Positions 1-8,774 of a stretch of 64,000 bases of DNA are shown here, one piece after another. Within the stretch, counting starts at the first letter, position 1; every line of letters starts with the position of its first letter. The stretch lies in the IMG/VR virus record IMGVR_UViG_3300046517_001744, positions 4,885 to 68,884 of that record. The stretch is one strand, 5' to 3'. The DNA is from a virus. A program made the position numbers and the translations under genes. The notes beneath the pieces are model-generated. The model had not been told where the DNA came from, made no database searches, and saw only the letters and a list, made by a program, of their open reading frames with translations.

Positions 1-354
1 GAGCTTCGCGCGGCCGTAGGGCGCATTGCAGACGATGTTGGGGCGGTAGGGCCCCTCGAGCGGGTGCTGCAGGAAGTCCATCGTCCCCAGGAACCACGAC
101 GGGCACGAGCCCTGGATCGGATAGCGCGGCCCCAGGTGCGCCTGGTCGTACTTGGTGAGCCGGTCGCGCAGATCGCTGCCCACCGCGTCGTGGCCGTCCA
201 GTAGGCATGCCTCGACGATGTTCCCCTGGCCGCATGCGGGGTCCCAGATGCCCCCGGTGAAATACTCAAACGTCAGGAGGAAGTGGGTCGCGCCCGGGGG
301 CTCGACGAACCAGTCATCCTCAACTTTCGGCCACGCCGTCCTGCCTTCCGCCAT
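1..354 (-). CDS. DNA amino-methyltransferase, runs off the window edge
   Basis: Manual translation from ATG at 354 (absent from ORF track): MAEGRTAWPKVEDDWFVEPP...IWDPACGQGNI (SAM motif I)...NIVCNAPY (motif IV variant). Confidence 0.8.
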   Translation of the reverse strand, partial: MAEGRTAWPKVEDDWFVEPPGATHFLLTFEYFTGGIWDPACGQGNIVEACLLDGHDAVGSDLRDRLTKYDQAHLGPRYPIQGSCPSWFLGTMDFLQHPLEGPYRPNIVCNAPYGRAKL

Positions 355-580
355 CGCGCTTCTCCTGCGGCCAAAACCATTGCTTCTCAGGGTTCCACCG
401 CTTCTGCACCACGTCGAACGTCTTGCAGCCGTGCACGAGCTCGTTCGTCGCGCGCCAGGGGATCGGACCGGCCCAGCAGTAGCCCACGCGGTAGCCGCCG
501 GCCCGGTGGCTCTCGTTCTCCGGGATCAGGGCCAGGTTGCAGCAACGGCCGCACGGCTTGGTTTTCTTGGATCTCAACAC
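320..580 (-). CDS. Small Cys-containing hypothetical protein
   Basis: 86 aa, CGRCC motif, packed between RuvC-like and MTase genes. Confidence 0.55.
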   Translation of the reverse strand: MLRSKKTKPCGRCCNLALIPENESHRAGGYRVGYCWAGPIPWRATNELVHGCKTFDVVQKRWNPEKQWFWPQEKRDGGRQDGVAES

Positions 581-596
581 CCGGGTGGTGCTCCGG

Positions 597-1187
597 TCAG
601 ATCAGGGCGCCGCGGCGCGAGCCCCATAAGCGTTTATCGAACTCCGCCGACAATACGCGGTTTCTGTAGCGCAGCAATAGGAGCCAGCCGCCCAGCGCGT
701 CGGCGGCGTCCTTCGCGCGCGGGCCATCGGGCAGCGCCACGCCGAGCTTCTCTGCGGCGGCGACCATATCGTCCTTCGTCGCGGCGCCGAACCCGGCGAG
801 CTCCTTCTTCACCGACTCGATGGACGTCTCGCGGCAGGGGATGCCGCGCCGGTCGCAGATCTCCTCGATGCGCACGCCGATGGGAATGGTCTTGCGCAGG
901 GTGGCGAGGTTGTCGTTGCGTTTGTGCCAGTGGCCATCCTTGCCCTTGTAGCGCTGGTTGAAGATCAGGACGGGCTCTTCGTAGGCAACCTCAGCGGGCC
1001 GGAAGGTATCGAGGTGCTCCCCTACCGCGTCGGCCACCTGGCGCAGCATCTTGCCGTAATTCTCGCCGGTCTGCACGAAGCTGAACGCGCCCACCTGGGG
1101 CAGGCTCCGGCCGTCGCCGGTCGCCCATCCCAGGAACTTCGAGCCGGGGTCGAAGAACGTGTAGCGCGGCAGCGCCTCAGTCGTCAC
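597..1187 (-). CDS. RuvC-like Holliday junction resolvase
   Basis: GTG start; FFDPGS, AYEEP, VKKELAGFGAATKDDM and DAADALG match RuvC motifs. Confidence 0.8.
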   Translation of the reverse strand: MTTEALPRYTFFDPGSKFLGWATGDGRSLPQVGAFSFVQTGENYGKMLRQVADAVGEHLDTFRPAEVAYEEPVLIFNQRYKGKDGHWHKRNDNLATLRKTIPIGVRIEEICDRRGIPCRETSIESVKKELAGFGAATKDDMVAAAEKLGVALPDGPRAKDAADALGGWLLLLRYRNRVLSAEFDKRLWGSRRGALI

Positions 1188-2565
1188 TGAACCCGCCGGC
1201 CTCGGCCTGCTTGCGCTCCTGTAGCGCCTGGCGCGGCTTCTGCGCGGCGAGCTCGGCCTCCGACGCCTCGAACGGGTGCTCGTCGTAGTAGGGCAACGCG
1301 CCCGGCCGCATGGTGTCGGTCGCCGCGCCGTCGCGGTACGCCGCCTGGCGCCCGGAGGCGAACGGCTCATCGCCCGAGAGCATGTAGTGCACGCCCGCCG
1401 GGGCCGGGCCCGCGATGAACACCGACTTATCATGCGGGATCGCGTCCTCGAGCGCCTCGCCCCCGCTTCCGCCCTCCTCGGCCGCCACGCAGCGGTCGAA
1501 CATGGCCGCCGCGCCAGGGTGCTCGATGTCGACCTCCTCGTCACCGAGCTCGGCGAACCAGGTCAGGAAGGCGTTCGTCTGCAGTTCGGTCCACGCGTCG
1601 GGATCGTGCGAGAAGTCGGTCCAGTCGGGCTGGGCGGCGGCGAGCTCGATCTCGACGTCCTCGATCGCCTTGGGGTTGACGTCGTCGTCGAGGGGGCCCT
1701 CGGAAGCATCATCAGGATCAACCACCTCGCCCATGCCGGGGTGCGCGATCGCCTGCAGTGCGATGCCATCATCCAGCTTTCCGAACTCGTCCTCGTATTC
1801 CCCGACCGTGATCGAGGAGTTGGGCGTTACCGGCTCAGCGCGCCGCGCCGCCTCTTCCGCCGCGACCTTCGCCGGATCCTCGCCCACGAACAGCGGCGGC
1901 GGTGGCGCGGCCGGCGCCTCCTCCTTCAGCGACTTGAGCCCGCGCGCGTTGATCTTGGTCACGTCACCGAACCCGGCCATGTACTCCTGCACGGCCTCCG
2001 GCGGCACGCCGTCGCGCTGAGGGTCGGCGAACTCGCCCAGGAGCGCCTGCTGGTAGCCCACGCCGCGCCAGTGCAGCGCTGGGCGCGCGGCCTCGGGCAC
2101 GCCGGCCAGGTCGAGCTCCGCCTGCGGGCCCGCCGGCAGGCCCAGGGCCTCGCGGATCAGGCCTCTGATCTTCTCCTTGGCGATCAGGTCCGTCTTCTTC
2201 GTCTTCAGGCGCAACTCGCTATAGGCTTCGTCGTAGGTCGCCAGCGGGAACCCGGCATTCTGGATCGCCGCGCGAACCTCCTTCTTCTCGAGCGCGATGT
2301 CGCTCATCGCCGCCTTCGCCACCTCGAGGCGGTTATCGACCGCGCGGTGGCGCGTGTGCAGCGCGATCAGGCGATCCTGCTGGCCCTGGCGGATCTCGGC
2401 GTCGGTGGGCTGGGTCTTCTTCGCCGCGGCCGGGCGGCTCTCCCCGGGCTTGGGCTTGCTCACCGCCGCGGGCTTGCGGCCGCCCGAGGACTTCGCGCCC
2501 CTGGCCTTGCGCACGGGCAGCTGATGAATGGTCGCACCTTGGGTGTCAGCGAGTTTCCTGGCCAC
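1177..2565 (-). CDS. GapR/DUF2312-like domain protein with long acidic C-terminus
   Basis: LEVAKAAMSDIALEKKEVRAAIQNAGF...IREALG resembles the GapR pattern; basic N-terminus, acidic tail. Confidence 0.55.
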   Translation of the reverse strand: MARKLADTQGATIHQLPVRKARGAKSSGGRKPAAVSKPKPGESRPAAAKKTQPTDAEIRQGQQDRLIALHTRHRAVDNRLEVAKAAMSDIALEKKEVRAAIQNAGFPLATYDEAYSELRLKTKKTDLIAKEKIRGLIREALGLPAGPQAELDLAGVPEAARPALHWRGVGYQQALLGEFADPQRDGVPPEAVQEYMAGFGDVTKINARGLKSLKEEAPAAPPPPLFVGEDPAKVAAEEAARRAEPVTPNSSITVGEYEDEFGKLDDGIALQAIAHPGMGEVVDPDDASEGPLDDDVNPKAIEDVEIELAAAQPDWTDFSHDPDAWTELQTNAFLTWFAELGDEEVDIEHPGAAAMFDRCVAAEEGGSGGEALEDAIPHDKSVFIAGPAPAGVHYMLSGDEPFASGRQAAYRDGAATDTMRPGALPYYDEHPFEASEAELAAQKPRQALQERKQAEAGGFSDD

Positions 2566-2604
2566 GTCGGCCTCCTGGGTTTCGGCGGGAATCGGTGTGT
2601 TGCC

Positions 2605-2660
2605 AGCCTACCTTGACGCCGCGGCGCGTCAACCTTACGGTCACGTTACACCACGGGAGA
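2605..2660. promoter_or_regulatory. Overlapping divergent sigma70-type promoters
   Basis: Plus: TTGACG(2613)-17bp-TACGGT(2636). Minus: TTGACG(2632)-16bp-TAGGCT. The two -35 boxes form the inverted repeat TTGACGC..GCGTCAA between divergent genes. Confidence 0.65.
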
Positions 2661-2665
2661 CAACG

Positions 2666-3478
2666 ATGGCGTTCAAGCGCCGACCCCATCATATCGACAG
2701 CGTCGCGGCGACCCTGCGCACAGGCCAGCTGCAACTGCTCTCGCCCCTCAATGAGAAGTCGCCGAAGGGCGAGGCGCAGGGCTATCTCACCGCCATGCTG
2801 TACCTGGCCCCGCACACCCTGGCTGGCGGCAAGAGCGTCTGCCCGCACTCCACCGAGGACTGCCGCGAGGGCTGCCTGTTCCACGCCGGCCGCGGCCAGA
2901 CCGCGCGCGTGGCCAACGCCAGGATCCGGCGCACGCAGATGTACCTCGAGGTGCGCGAGCGCTTCATGCGCCTGCTGGTCGAAGACCTGAACATCATGCA
3001 GCACGCCGCCGACGCGAACGGCATGACGCTGGCGATCCGGCTCAACGGGACGAGCGATATTGGGTTCGAGCGCGAGGAGCTCGACGGGCTCACCGTCTTC
3101 GACCGCTTCCCCAGGGCCCGGTTCTACGACTACACGAACTGGCCGCACCAGCATCGTCGCGTGCCTGGCAACTGGCACCTGACCTACAGCCTCGCCGACA
3201 AGACGGCCGCCGAGGGTGTGGCGCATCTGCTGGCCGGGCGCAACATCGCCGCCGTCATGCCCGACCACGACCGCGCCGAGGCGCCGGGATGGTTCATGCT
3301 GGGCGATACCGTCATCGACGTGGTCGACGGCGAGGAGCATGACCTGCGCTTCCTCGACCCGAGCCCGGCCCTGGTGATGCTCAAACCCAAGGGGCGCCTG
3401 CGCGGCGAGGGCAGCGCCATGGTGCGCCACAACCTGGTCTGGAACCTGCGCAACGCAGCGAAGGCGACGGCGGCATGA
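2666..3478 (+). CDS. Phage GP88-like protein (Cys triad, radical-SAM-like)
   Basis: YLAP, CPHSTEDCREGC, RLNGTSDI, FYDYT, HDLRFLD; GGAGA SD. Confidence 0.7.
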   Translation: MAFKRRPHHIDSVAATLRTGQLQLLSPLNEKSPKGEAQGYLTAMLYLAPHTLAGGKSVCPHSTEDCREGCLFHAGRGQTARVANARIRRTQMYLEVRERFMRLLVEDLNIMQHAADANGMTLAIRLNGTSDIGFEREELDGLTVFDRFPRARFYDYTNWPHQHRRVPGNWHLTYSLADKTAAEGVAHLLAGRNIAAVMPDHDRAEAPGWFMLGDTVIDVVDGEEHDLRFLDPSPALVMLKPKGRLRGEGSAMVRHNLVWNLRNAAKATAA

Positions 3479-3798
3479 GCAGGAGGGGCTACCCGGAGAC
3501 GCCCGGTTTCCAGGGCGGCCCAACGTCAGAGGCGGCGGCGGACTTCATCGAGCCCGTCGCGCCCAGCCTGCGCGAGCGGATATTGCTTGCTCTGCGCAAG
3601 CGCGACCAGACCACTTACGAACTCTCCATGACACTCGGCGCGCCCTACGAGAGCATCGGCCCGCGCACGACCGAATTGAAGCTCGCCGGCGCCATCGTCA
3701 ATACCGGGCGCCGCGGGCCCTCCCGCAACCCAAGACTGACGGCAATCGTGTGGGCGCTGACACCGGCGCCCGGAACCCAAGGAAGGCTATTTGAATGA
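3475..3798 (+). CDS. Small winged-helix DNA-binding protein
   Basis: LRERILLAL...TTYEL...SIGPRTTEL...IVW; coupled overlap with upstream gene. Confidence 0.6.
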   Translation: MSRRGYPETPGFQGGPTSEAAADFIEPVAPSLRERILLALRKRDQTTYELSMTLGAPYESIGPRTTELKLAGAIVNTGRRGPSRNPRLTAIVWALTPAPGTQGRLFE

Positions 3799-4007
3799 CC
3801 GACACCCCCAAACCCCGCGCGTGGCGCGGCTTCGCCGCCATGGACCCCGACAAACGCCGCGAGATTGCCCGCAAGGGCGGCCAGAGCGTTCCAGCCGACC
3901 GACGCTCGTTCGCCACGCAGAAGGGCCTGGCCGCGAGCGCCGGCGCCAAGGGCGGCGCGGCGTCGCGGGGCGGCGGACGGACGAAGGGCGCCCCCGTTGC
4001 GACCTGA
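3795..4007 (+). CDS. KGG-repeat general stress protein
   Basis: RGFAAMDPDKRREIARKGG and repeated KGG motifs. Confidence 0.85.
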   Translation: MTDTPKPRAWRGFAAMDPDKRREIARKGGQSVPADRRSFATQKGLAASAGAKGGAASRGGGRTKGAPVAT

Positions 4008-5160
4008 CGGTTGCTATCTCGGCCTCCCCTTCGCCGACTACCTGGCCGAAGGCGCGATGGGTTCGACTAAGAAGGGCACACTCTGGCTGCGCGGCGAGGG
4101 CTACTACTGGAAGTACCTCAGCCCCTTCATCCGCAACGACGACAACCCCGAGGAGCTACTGTTCGGCGAAGCCTGCCACGCCGCGCTCCTCGAGGGCATG
4201 CACAGTTATGAGTCCCGCTACGTCGTCGAGCCGGCCAAGAAGGACTATCCCGACGCGCTCTTCACCATCCCGAAGATCAAGGCGGCGCTGAAGGACGCGG
4301 GCGTCTATCCGGCGCGCTCGAGCACGTTCACCAAGGAGGATTGGGCCGAGGCCGCCGAGCTCTACCTGCCCGACCAGCCGGTGTGGGAGAACGTGCTGGA
4401 CGAGTTCAGGCGCCGGACCGGGGCTGGGCGAGACCTGAAAGCCATCGACGCCGAGGCCGACTTCGCGATCCGCGCCATGCGCGAGCTCGCCATCGGCGAA
4501 TACTCCACCGACGAGATGCGCGAGCTCTTCAGCGTGGGCTCGAAGTTCCCGGTGCTGGCCGAAGTCAGCTACTTCTACACCGACGAGACCGGCATGCGGC
4601 ACTGCGCCAGGTTCGACAAGCTGATCCCGCCAGCCGTCGGCGACCTGAAGACGCTGGGCGGCTGGCGCGGTAAGCCCCTGGCCAGCTACGTCGACCGCCA
4701 CATCAAGGACTTCGCCTACGACGTCCAGTGCGCCGACTACCAGATCGCGCGCCAGCACATGATGGCTGCGATCCTCGAGGACGAGAGCATCATCCACGGC
4801 GCCACCGACGAAGAGCGCGACCACCTCATCGCCATGGCCCACTACGACCAGGCCCACCACCCGAGCTTCGCCTGGGTATTTTTTCAGAAGCCGACAGCGG
4901 CCGGCATCCCGCCGGTGCTGTTCCCGGTGATCGAGCCGTGGAAGGGCCCCTACCACCTGGCCGGGTTCAGGAAGCGCGCGGCGGCGCTCGCCACCTACCG
5001 CGACTGCATGGAGCGCTTCGGTCCCGACAGGCCCTGGGGCCGCGCCGAGCCGGTGCACACGACGGTGGAGCACAAGACCGCGCCGCAGGTGCACATGAAC
5101 GAGTTCGGCTGGGGACCGGAGGACGAGGCGCCGGGCGAGCGCGATCACTTCGGGGATTGA
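3997..5160 (+). CDS. RecE/exonuclease VIII-like PD-(D/E)XK nuclease
   Basis: FGEACHAALLEG, ARFD...GDLKT, YDVQCADY; TTG start inferred. Confidence 0.75.
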   Translation: MRPDGCYLGLPFADYLAEGAMGSTKKGTLWLRGEGYYWKYLSPFIRNDDNPEELLFGEACHAALLEGMHSYESRYVVEPAKKDYPDALFTIPKIKAALKDAGVYPARSSTFTKEDWAEAAELYLPDQPVWENVLDEFRRRTGAGRDLKAIDAEADFAIRAMRELAIGEYSTDEMRELFSVGSKFPVLAEVSYFYTDETGMRHCARFDKLIPPAVGDLKTLGGWRGKPLASYVDRHIKDFAYDVQCADYQIARQHMMAAILEDESIIHGATDEERDHLIAMAHYDQAHHPSFAWVFFQKPTAAGIPPVLFPVIEPWKGPYHLAGFRKRAAALATYRDCMERFGPDRPWGRAEPVHTTVEHKTAPQVHMNEFGWGPEDEAPGERDHFGD

Positions 5161-5206
5161 ACAGCCACGCTACGGCGCGCATAGTCGCCCAACACCACGC
5201 GAGAGA
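5157..5206 (+). promoter_or_regulatory. Sigma70-type promoter with ACACCAC leader
   Basis: TTGAAC(5157)-17bp-CATAGT(5180), then ACACCAC at 5192. Confidence 0.55.
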
Positions 5207-5213
5207 CGATCCG

Positions 5214-6155
5214 ATGTCAGAAGCCACCAACCCCCGCGCCACGATGGGCGCCAATGTGCCGCCACTCGATCGCGCCGACCAGCTGCACCCGCGCCTCGAG
5301 CGCGAGTACGCCGATCTCCTGGCCGAAGTCGCCCAGGTCGAGGCCGACAGCTTCGCGCTGCCCGAGGCCCCCGAAAGCGACGAGGACACCACCAAGCTCA
5401 GCGACCACGTCATCAAGGCCAAGGGCGTCCTGAAGCGCCTTGAGGAGGCCAGGACCGACGTCGGGCGCCCCTACCTCGAGGGCCAGCGTGTCATCAACGC
5501 GTGGTTCGGCGAGGCTGGCGAACTGCTGGCCGACAAGGACACGGGCGTCGTCGCGCGCCTTACCACGCGCGTCGGCATCTACAACAAGGCGAAGGCTGTC
5601 AGGCTTGAGGCCGAGCGTCTCGCCGCCGCTCGCGAGGCCGAGCGCCGGGCCCAGGAGGCGCGCGCGGAGGAACAGCGCAAGCAGGACGAGTCCGACCGGC
5701 TGGCGCGAGAGGCCGGCGAAGCTGCCGAGCGGATCCGCAAAGCCAAGAGCCAGGAGGAGATGGAGGCCGCCGAGGCTGACATGCGCCAGCTGGACGCCCA
5801 GGCCGGGATCGCGCGCGACGCCGCCGGCTATGCAGGGAAGGCCGCGGCGAAAGCCGAGCGGCAGGCCGAGCAGAACGAGCGCGCGGCATCCGGCGCGACA
5901 GGCAACCTCTCTCGCGTGAGCGCCGGCGGCTCGACGTCCAGCGTGACGAAGTTCTGGACGCACACCATCCTCGACGCCGACGCGCTGATGGCCAGCCTGG
6001 GCCCGCTGGGCCCCTTCCTGGGCAACGGCGTCATCATGGAAGCCCTGGCGCGCGCGGTGCGCGAAGCCGCTGCCGCCGGCCGCGCCGACAAGCTGGTGCT
6101 GCCCGGCTGCCGCGTGTTCCAAGATTCCAAAACCAACATCAGCGCCAGGCGCTAG
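5214..6155 (+). CDS. Coiled-coil phage protein in recombination module
   Basis: Ala/Glu/Arg-rich helix, RTDVGRPYLEGQRVIN, C-terminal LPGCRVFQD; between RecE-like and RecT-like genes. Confidence 0.65.
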   Translation: MSEATNPRATMGANVPPLDRADQLHPRLEREYADLLAEVAQVEADSFALPEAPESDEDTTKLSDHVIKAKGVLKRLEEARTDVGRPYLEGQRVINAWFGEAGELLADKDTGVVARLTTRVGIYNKAKAVRLEAERLAAAREAERRAQEARAEEQRKQDESDRLAREAGEAAERIRKAKSQEEMEAAEADMRQLDAQAGIARDAAGYAGKAAAKAERQAEQNERAASGATGNLSRVSAGGSTSSVTKFWTHTILDADALMASLGPLGPFLGNGVIMEALARAVREAAAAGRADKLVLPGCRVFQDSKTNISARR

Positions 6156-6164
6156 GAGAAGACC

Positions 6165-7736
6165 ATGAGTGAAGACCACCCCGAAACCACCGCCGTCGCC
6201 GTGCGGCCGCAGCGCGTGCCCGTCGCCGACCTCGTCCCTGTCTTCGACACCGCGCGGTTCGAGCACTACGGGCGCATCGCGTCTGTGATGGCGCAGTCGA
6301 ACCTCGTGCCGGAAACGCTCAAGGGTGGCGACCGCGACACCGCTATCGCCAACTGCATCCAGGTCGTCGAGCTTGCGGACCGCCTGGGCTTCTCGCCCTT
6401 CGCCGTCGCGCAGTGCGCCAGCGTCGTCTACGGCAAGCTTATGCTCGAGGGGAAGTTCGTCGACGCCGCCCTGCAGGCTAAGACCGGCATCGAGTTGCGC
6501 ACCTATTACACCGGCGAGCGCGGCAAGCCGGAGCGGCGCATCTACATCACCGACGCCGAGCTCACCGAGGAGCAATACGACGCTCTCGAGCCCGGGAAGT
6601 ATCCGTTCGGCGTGAAGATGATCGACGGCTCCGTGCGCGAGTGGCAGACCTTCAAGAAGGGCACGCAAAATCCGACGGCGGCCTGGGAAGGCAACGCTGA
6701 CAGCCAACTCGGCTATCGCGGCAAGCGCGAGTGGGTGCGCGCCTACAAGCCAGGCGTCATCCTCGGCGTGCTCACCGACGACGAGGTGCAGGACTTCGGC
6801 GAGCGGCGCCTCGAGGCCAGCGCGCCGCTGCTGTCGGCTGACGGCTTCGAGGCTGCAAAGCCCCAGAAACGCGCCAGGAAGGCCGCTGGCGTCGCCGCCG
6901 CCAATCCGACGGCCGAACCAGAAGAGGGGCTCCACGCCTCAGCGGAGGCCCAGGATGAGGCCGAAGACGCGGAGTTCGAGGACGGCGGCCTCGACGAGCG
7001 CCCTACTACTGCGGAGGGCGCTACCGCGACGGATGGCGCCCAGGGTGCGGAGCGGCAACCGGACACGTCGGGCTCTGCGGCCGCTGCGTCCGAGCCTACG
7101 CGGGCGCCGCCCGATACGATCTATACGCTCAGCGGCGATGAGCCGGGCGATGACGGCAAGATCCCGACCTACAAGGACGGCGTCGCCTTCAGCCGCGTGA
7201 AGCCCGACGCCAAGGTGCGCCCGGCGCCCTTCGATCAGCACGCGCCGGCCAAGGAGCCGGTCGAGGACGAGCGCGCCAATGGTTATCGTGACGCAGCGGC
7301 GTCCGGTGGCCCGGGGCCGCACCCGGAAGCCGAGTTCGAGGACGAAGCCCCCGCCCCCGAGCAGGACGCCGTGGCGGCTGCGCTGACGAAGATCACCGAG
7401 GCGCCGCACTACCTGGGCGCCAAGCAGCAGATGAAGGCCCTGACCACCACCGACGACTGGAAGACGCTGCCGCCCGAGCGCCAGCGCGGCGTGCGCCTGG
7501 CGCTGTGGAAGCGCTATCGCGAGCTCTGCGAGAGCGGCGCCGAGACGATCCAGCCGTTCGAGGACTTCCTGCTCATGCGCGCGTTCCTCGAGAGCGGAGC
7601 GAAGACGCCGCTCGAGGTCGATACCGAGTGGGGCCGCTTCATCCGCCACGACGCCTACAAGGGCGTGAGCGAGGGCGACCGCGGGGCGATGACCAAGCTG
7701 ATGAACGCGCGGAAAGCGGAGTTGAAGGAGGTCTAA
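6165..7736 (+). CDS. RecT-like ssDNA annealing protein with extended C-terminus
   Basis: NCIQVVELADRLGFSPFAVAQ...GKLMLEGK and WVRAYKPGVILGVLTDDE; AGGAG SD. Confidence 0.75.
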   Translation: MSEDHPETTAVAVRPQRVPVADLVPVFDTARFEHYGRIASVMAQSNLVPETLKGGDRDTAIANCIQVVELADRLGFSPFAVAQCASVVYGKLMLEGKFVDAALQAKTGIELRTYYTGERGKPERRIYITDAELTEEQYDALEPGKYPFGVKMIDGSVREWQTFKKGTQNPTAAWEGNADSQLGYRGKREWVRAYKPGVILGVLTDDEVQDFGERRLEASAPLLSADGFEAAKPQKRARKAAGVAAANPTAEPEEGLHASAEAQDEAEDAEFEDGGLDERPTTAEGATATDGAQGAERQPDTSGSAAAASEPTRAPPDTIYTLSGDEPGDDGKIPTYKDGVAFSRVKPDAKVRPAPFDQHAPAKEPVEDERANGYRDAAASGGPGPHPEAEFEDEAPAPEQDAVAAALTKITEAPHYLGAKQQMKALTTTDDWKTLPPERQRGVRLALWKRYRELCESGAETIQPFEDFLLMRAFLESGAKTPLEVDTEWGRFIRHDAYKGVSEGDRGAMTKLMNARKAELKEV

Positions 7737-7737
7737 G

Positions 7738-8133
7738 ATGGGCGAGATAGCCGAAATGATGCTCGACGGGACGATGGACCCCGAAACCGGCGAATGGAAC
7801 TTCGGCGGTGATGATGGTCCCGGCTGGCCGATGACGGGCGCCGAGGCGGCCGCCTACGTCCGGGCAACCGGGCGCCGCCCCAAGCAGCGGTTCCGCCGCG
7901 ACCCCGACGCGCCCCGCGACAAGCCCGTCTTCCGTCTGACGAAGGCGTGGCGGACGGCGCTCGAGGTGTTCGGCTCGGTGGCGAACTACGACCGCTACCA
8001 CTGGCAGATCCGCAAGGACGGCAAGGTCGTCGCGGACTGGTGGCCGCACAAGGACAAGTGGCGGATCGGCGCCGTCGTGGGGCGGGGCGGCGAGGCCGAG
8101 TTCCGCGACGCGCTGGCGAAGGCGGCTTCGTGA
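7738..8133 (+). CDS. Hypothetical phage protein
   Basis: MGEIAEMMLDG N-terminus, GGAGG SD, operon packing. Confidence 0.7.
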   Translation: MGEIAEMMLDGTMDPETGEWNFGGDDGPGWPMTGAEAAAYVRATGRRPKQRFRRDPDAPRDKPVFRLTKAWRTALEVFGSVANYDRYHWQIRKDGKVVADWWPHKDKWRIGAVVGRGGEAEFRDALAKAAS

Positions 8134-8345
8134 TGCAGACGATCATGATGGACGACTACGCCTTCCTGGGGCTGCCGGTGCGCCAGCACCTGACCGGCTC
8201 GCCCATCCAGGGCCAGGACTATCGCGACGGCGACAACATGAACGCCGTCTATCGGTGGGGCTTCCTGCAGGATCCTGACGGCGTGACGGGCTTTGCCGGG
8301 CGCGCTGGCTGGATCGAGATGCGCCGCGTGAGGCCAGCGCCGTGA
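8133..8345 (+). CDS. Hypothetical protein
   Basis: TGATG-coupled start, MQTIMMDDYAF. Confidence 0.55.
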   Translation: MQTIMMDDYAFLGLPVRQHLTGSPIQGQDYRDGDNMNAVYRWGFLQDPDGVTGFAGRAGWIEMRRVRPAP

Positions 8346-8584
8346 CCGGGGCGCAACTGCGCAGCGCGGGCTTCACCACCGAGTACCACGTCAAGCGTGC
8401 GAATGGCGGGTACGCCACGAGCTACGTCAGCTGCGCGGATCCCCGCGTGCGGATGCGCGCCGAGCGTGCCTGGGCCTGCGCACCCCGACTCACCACCATG
8501 TTCGTTGGTGAGCGGTCGTTTGCGGGCGACCAATGGAACGAAGTCGCCGCCGCACTGGCGGCATTGGAGACGACCGATGGCTGA
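8342..8584 (+). CDS. Hypothetical protein
   Basis: GTGA overlap coupling. Confidence 0.55.
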   Translation: MTGAQLRSAGFTTEYHVKRANGGYATSYVSCADPRVRMRAERAWACAPRLTTMFVGERSFAGDQWNEVAAALAALETTDG

Positions 8585-8774
8585 GATCGCCACTTTCACC
8601 ACCGCCGAGCTCGCGGAATGCGCCGAGCGCGAGGTGCGCATGCGCGAGAGCGCCTACGAGCGCTTCATCGCCGCGGGCAAGATGACGCGCACGAAGGCCG
8701 ACAAGGAGTTGCGCATGATGCGGGCGATCGCGTCGCGGCTGCGCACCGAGGCGAACGGGGAGCGACTGCTGTGA
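8577..8774 (+). CDS. Small helical phage protein
   Basis: LAECAEREVRMRESAYERFIAAGKM; GGAG SD. Confidence 0.7.
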   Translation: MAEIATFTTAELAECAEREVRMRESAYERFIAAGKMTRTKADKELRMMRAIASRLRTEANGERLL

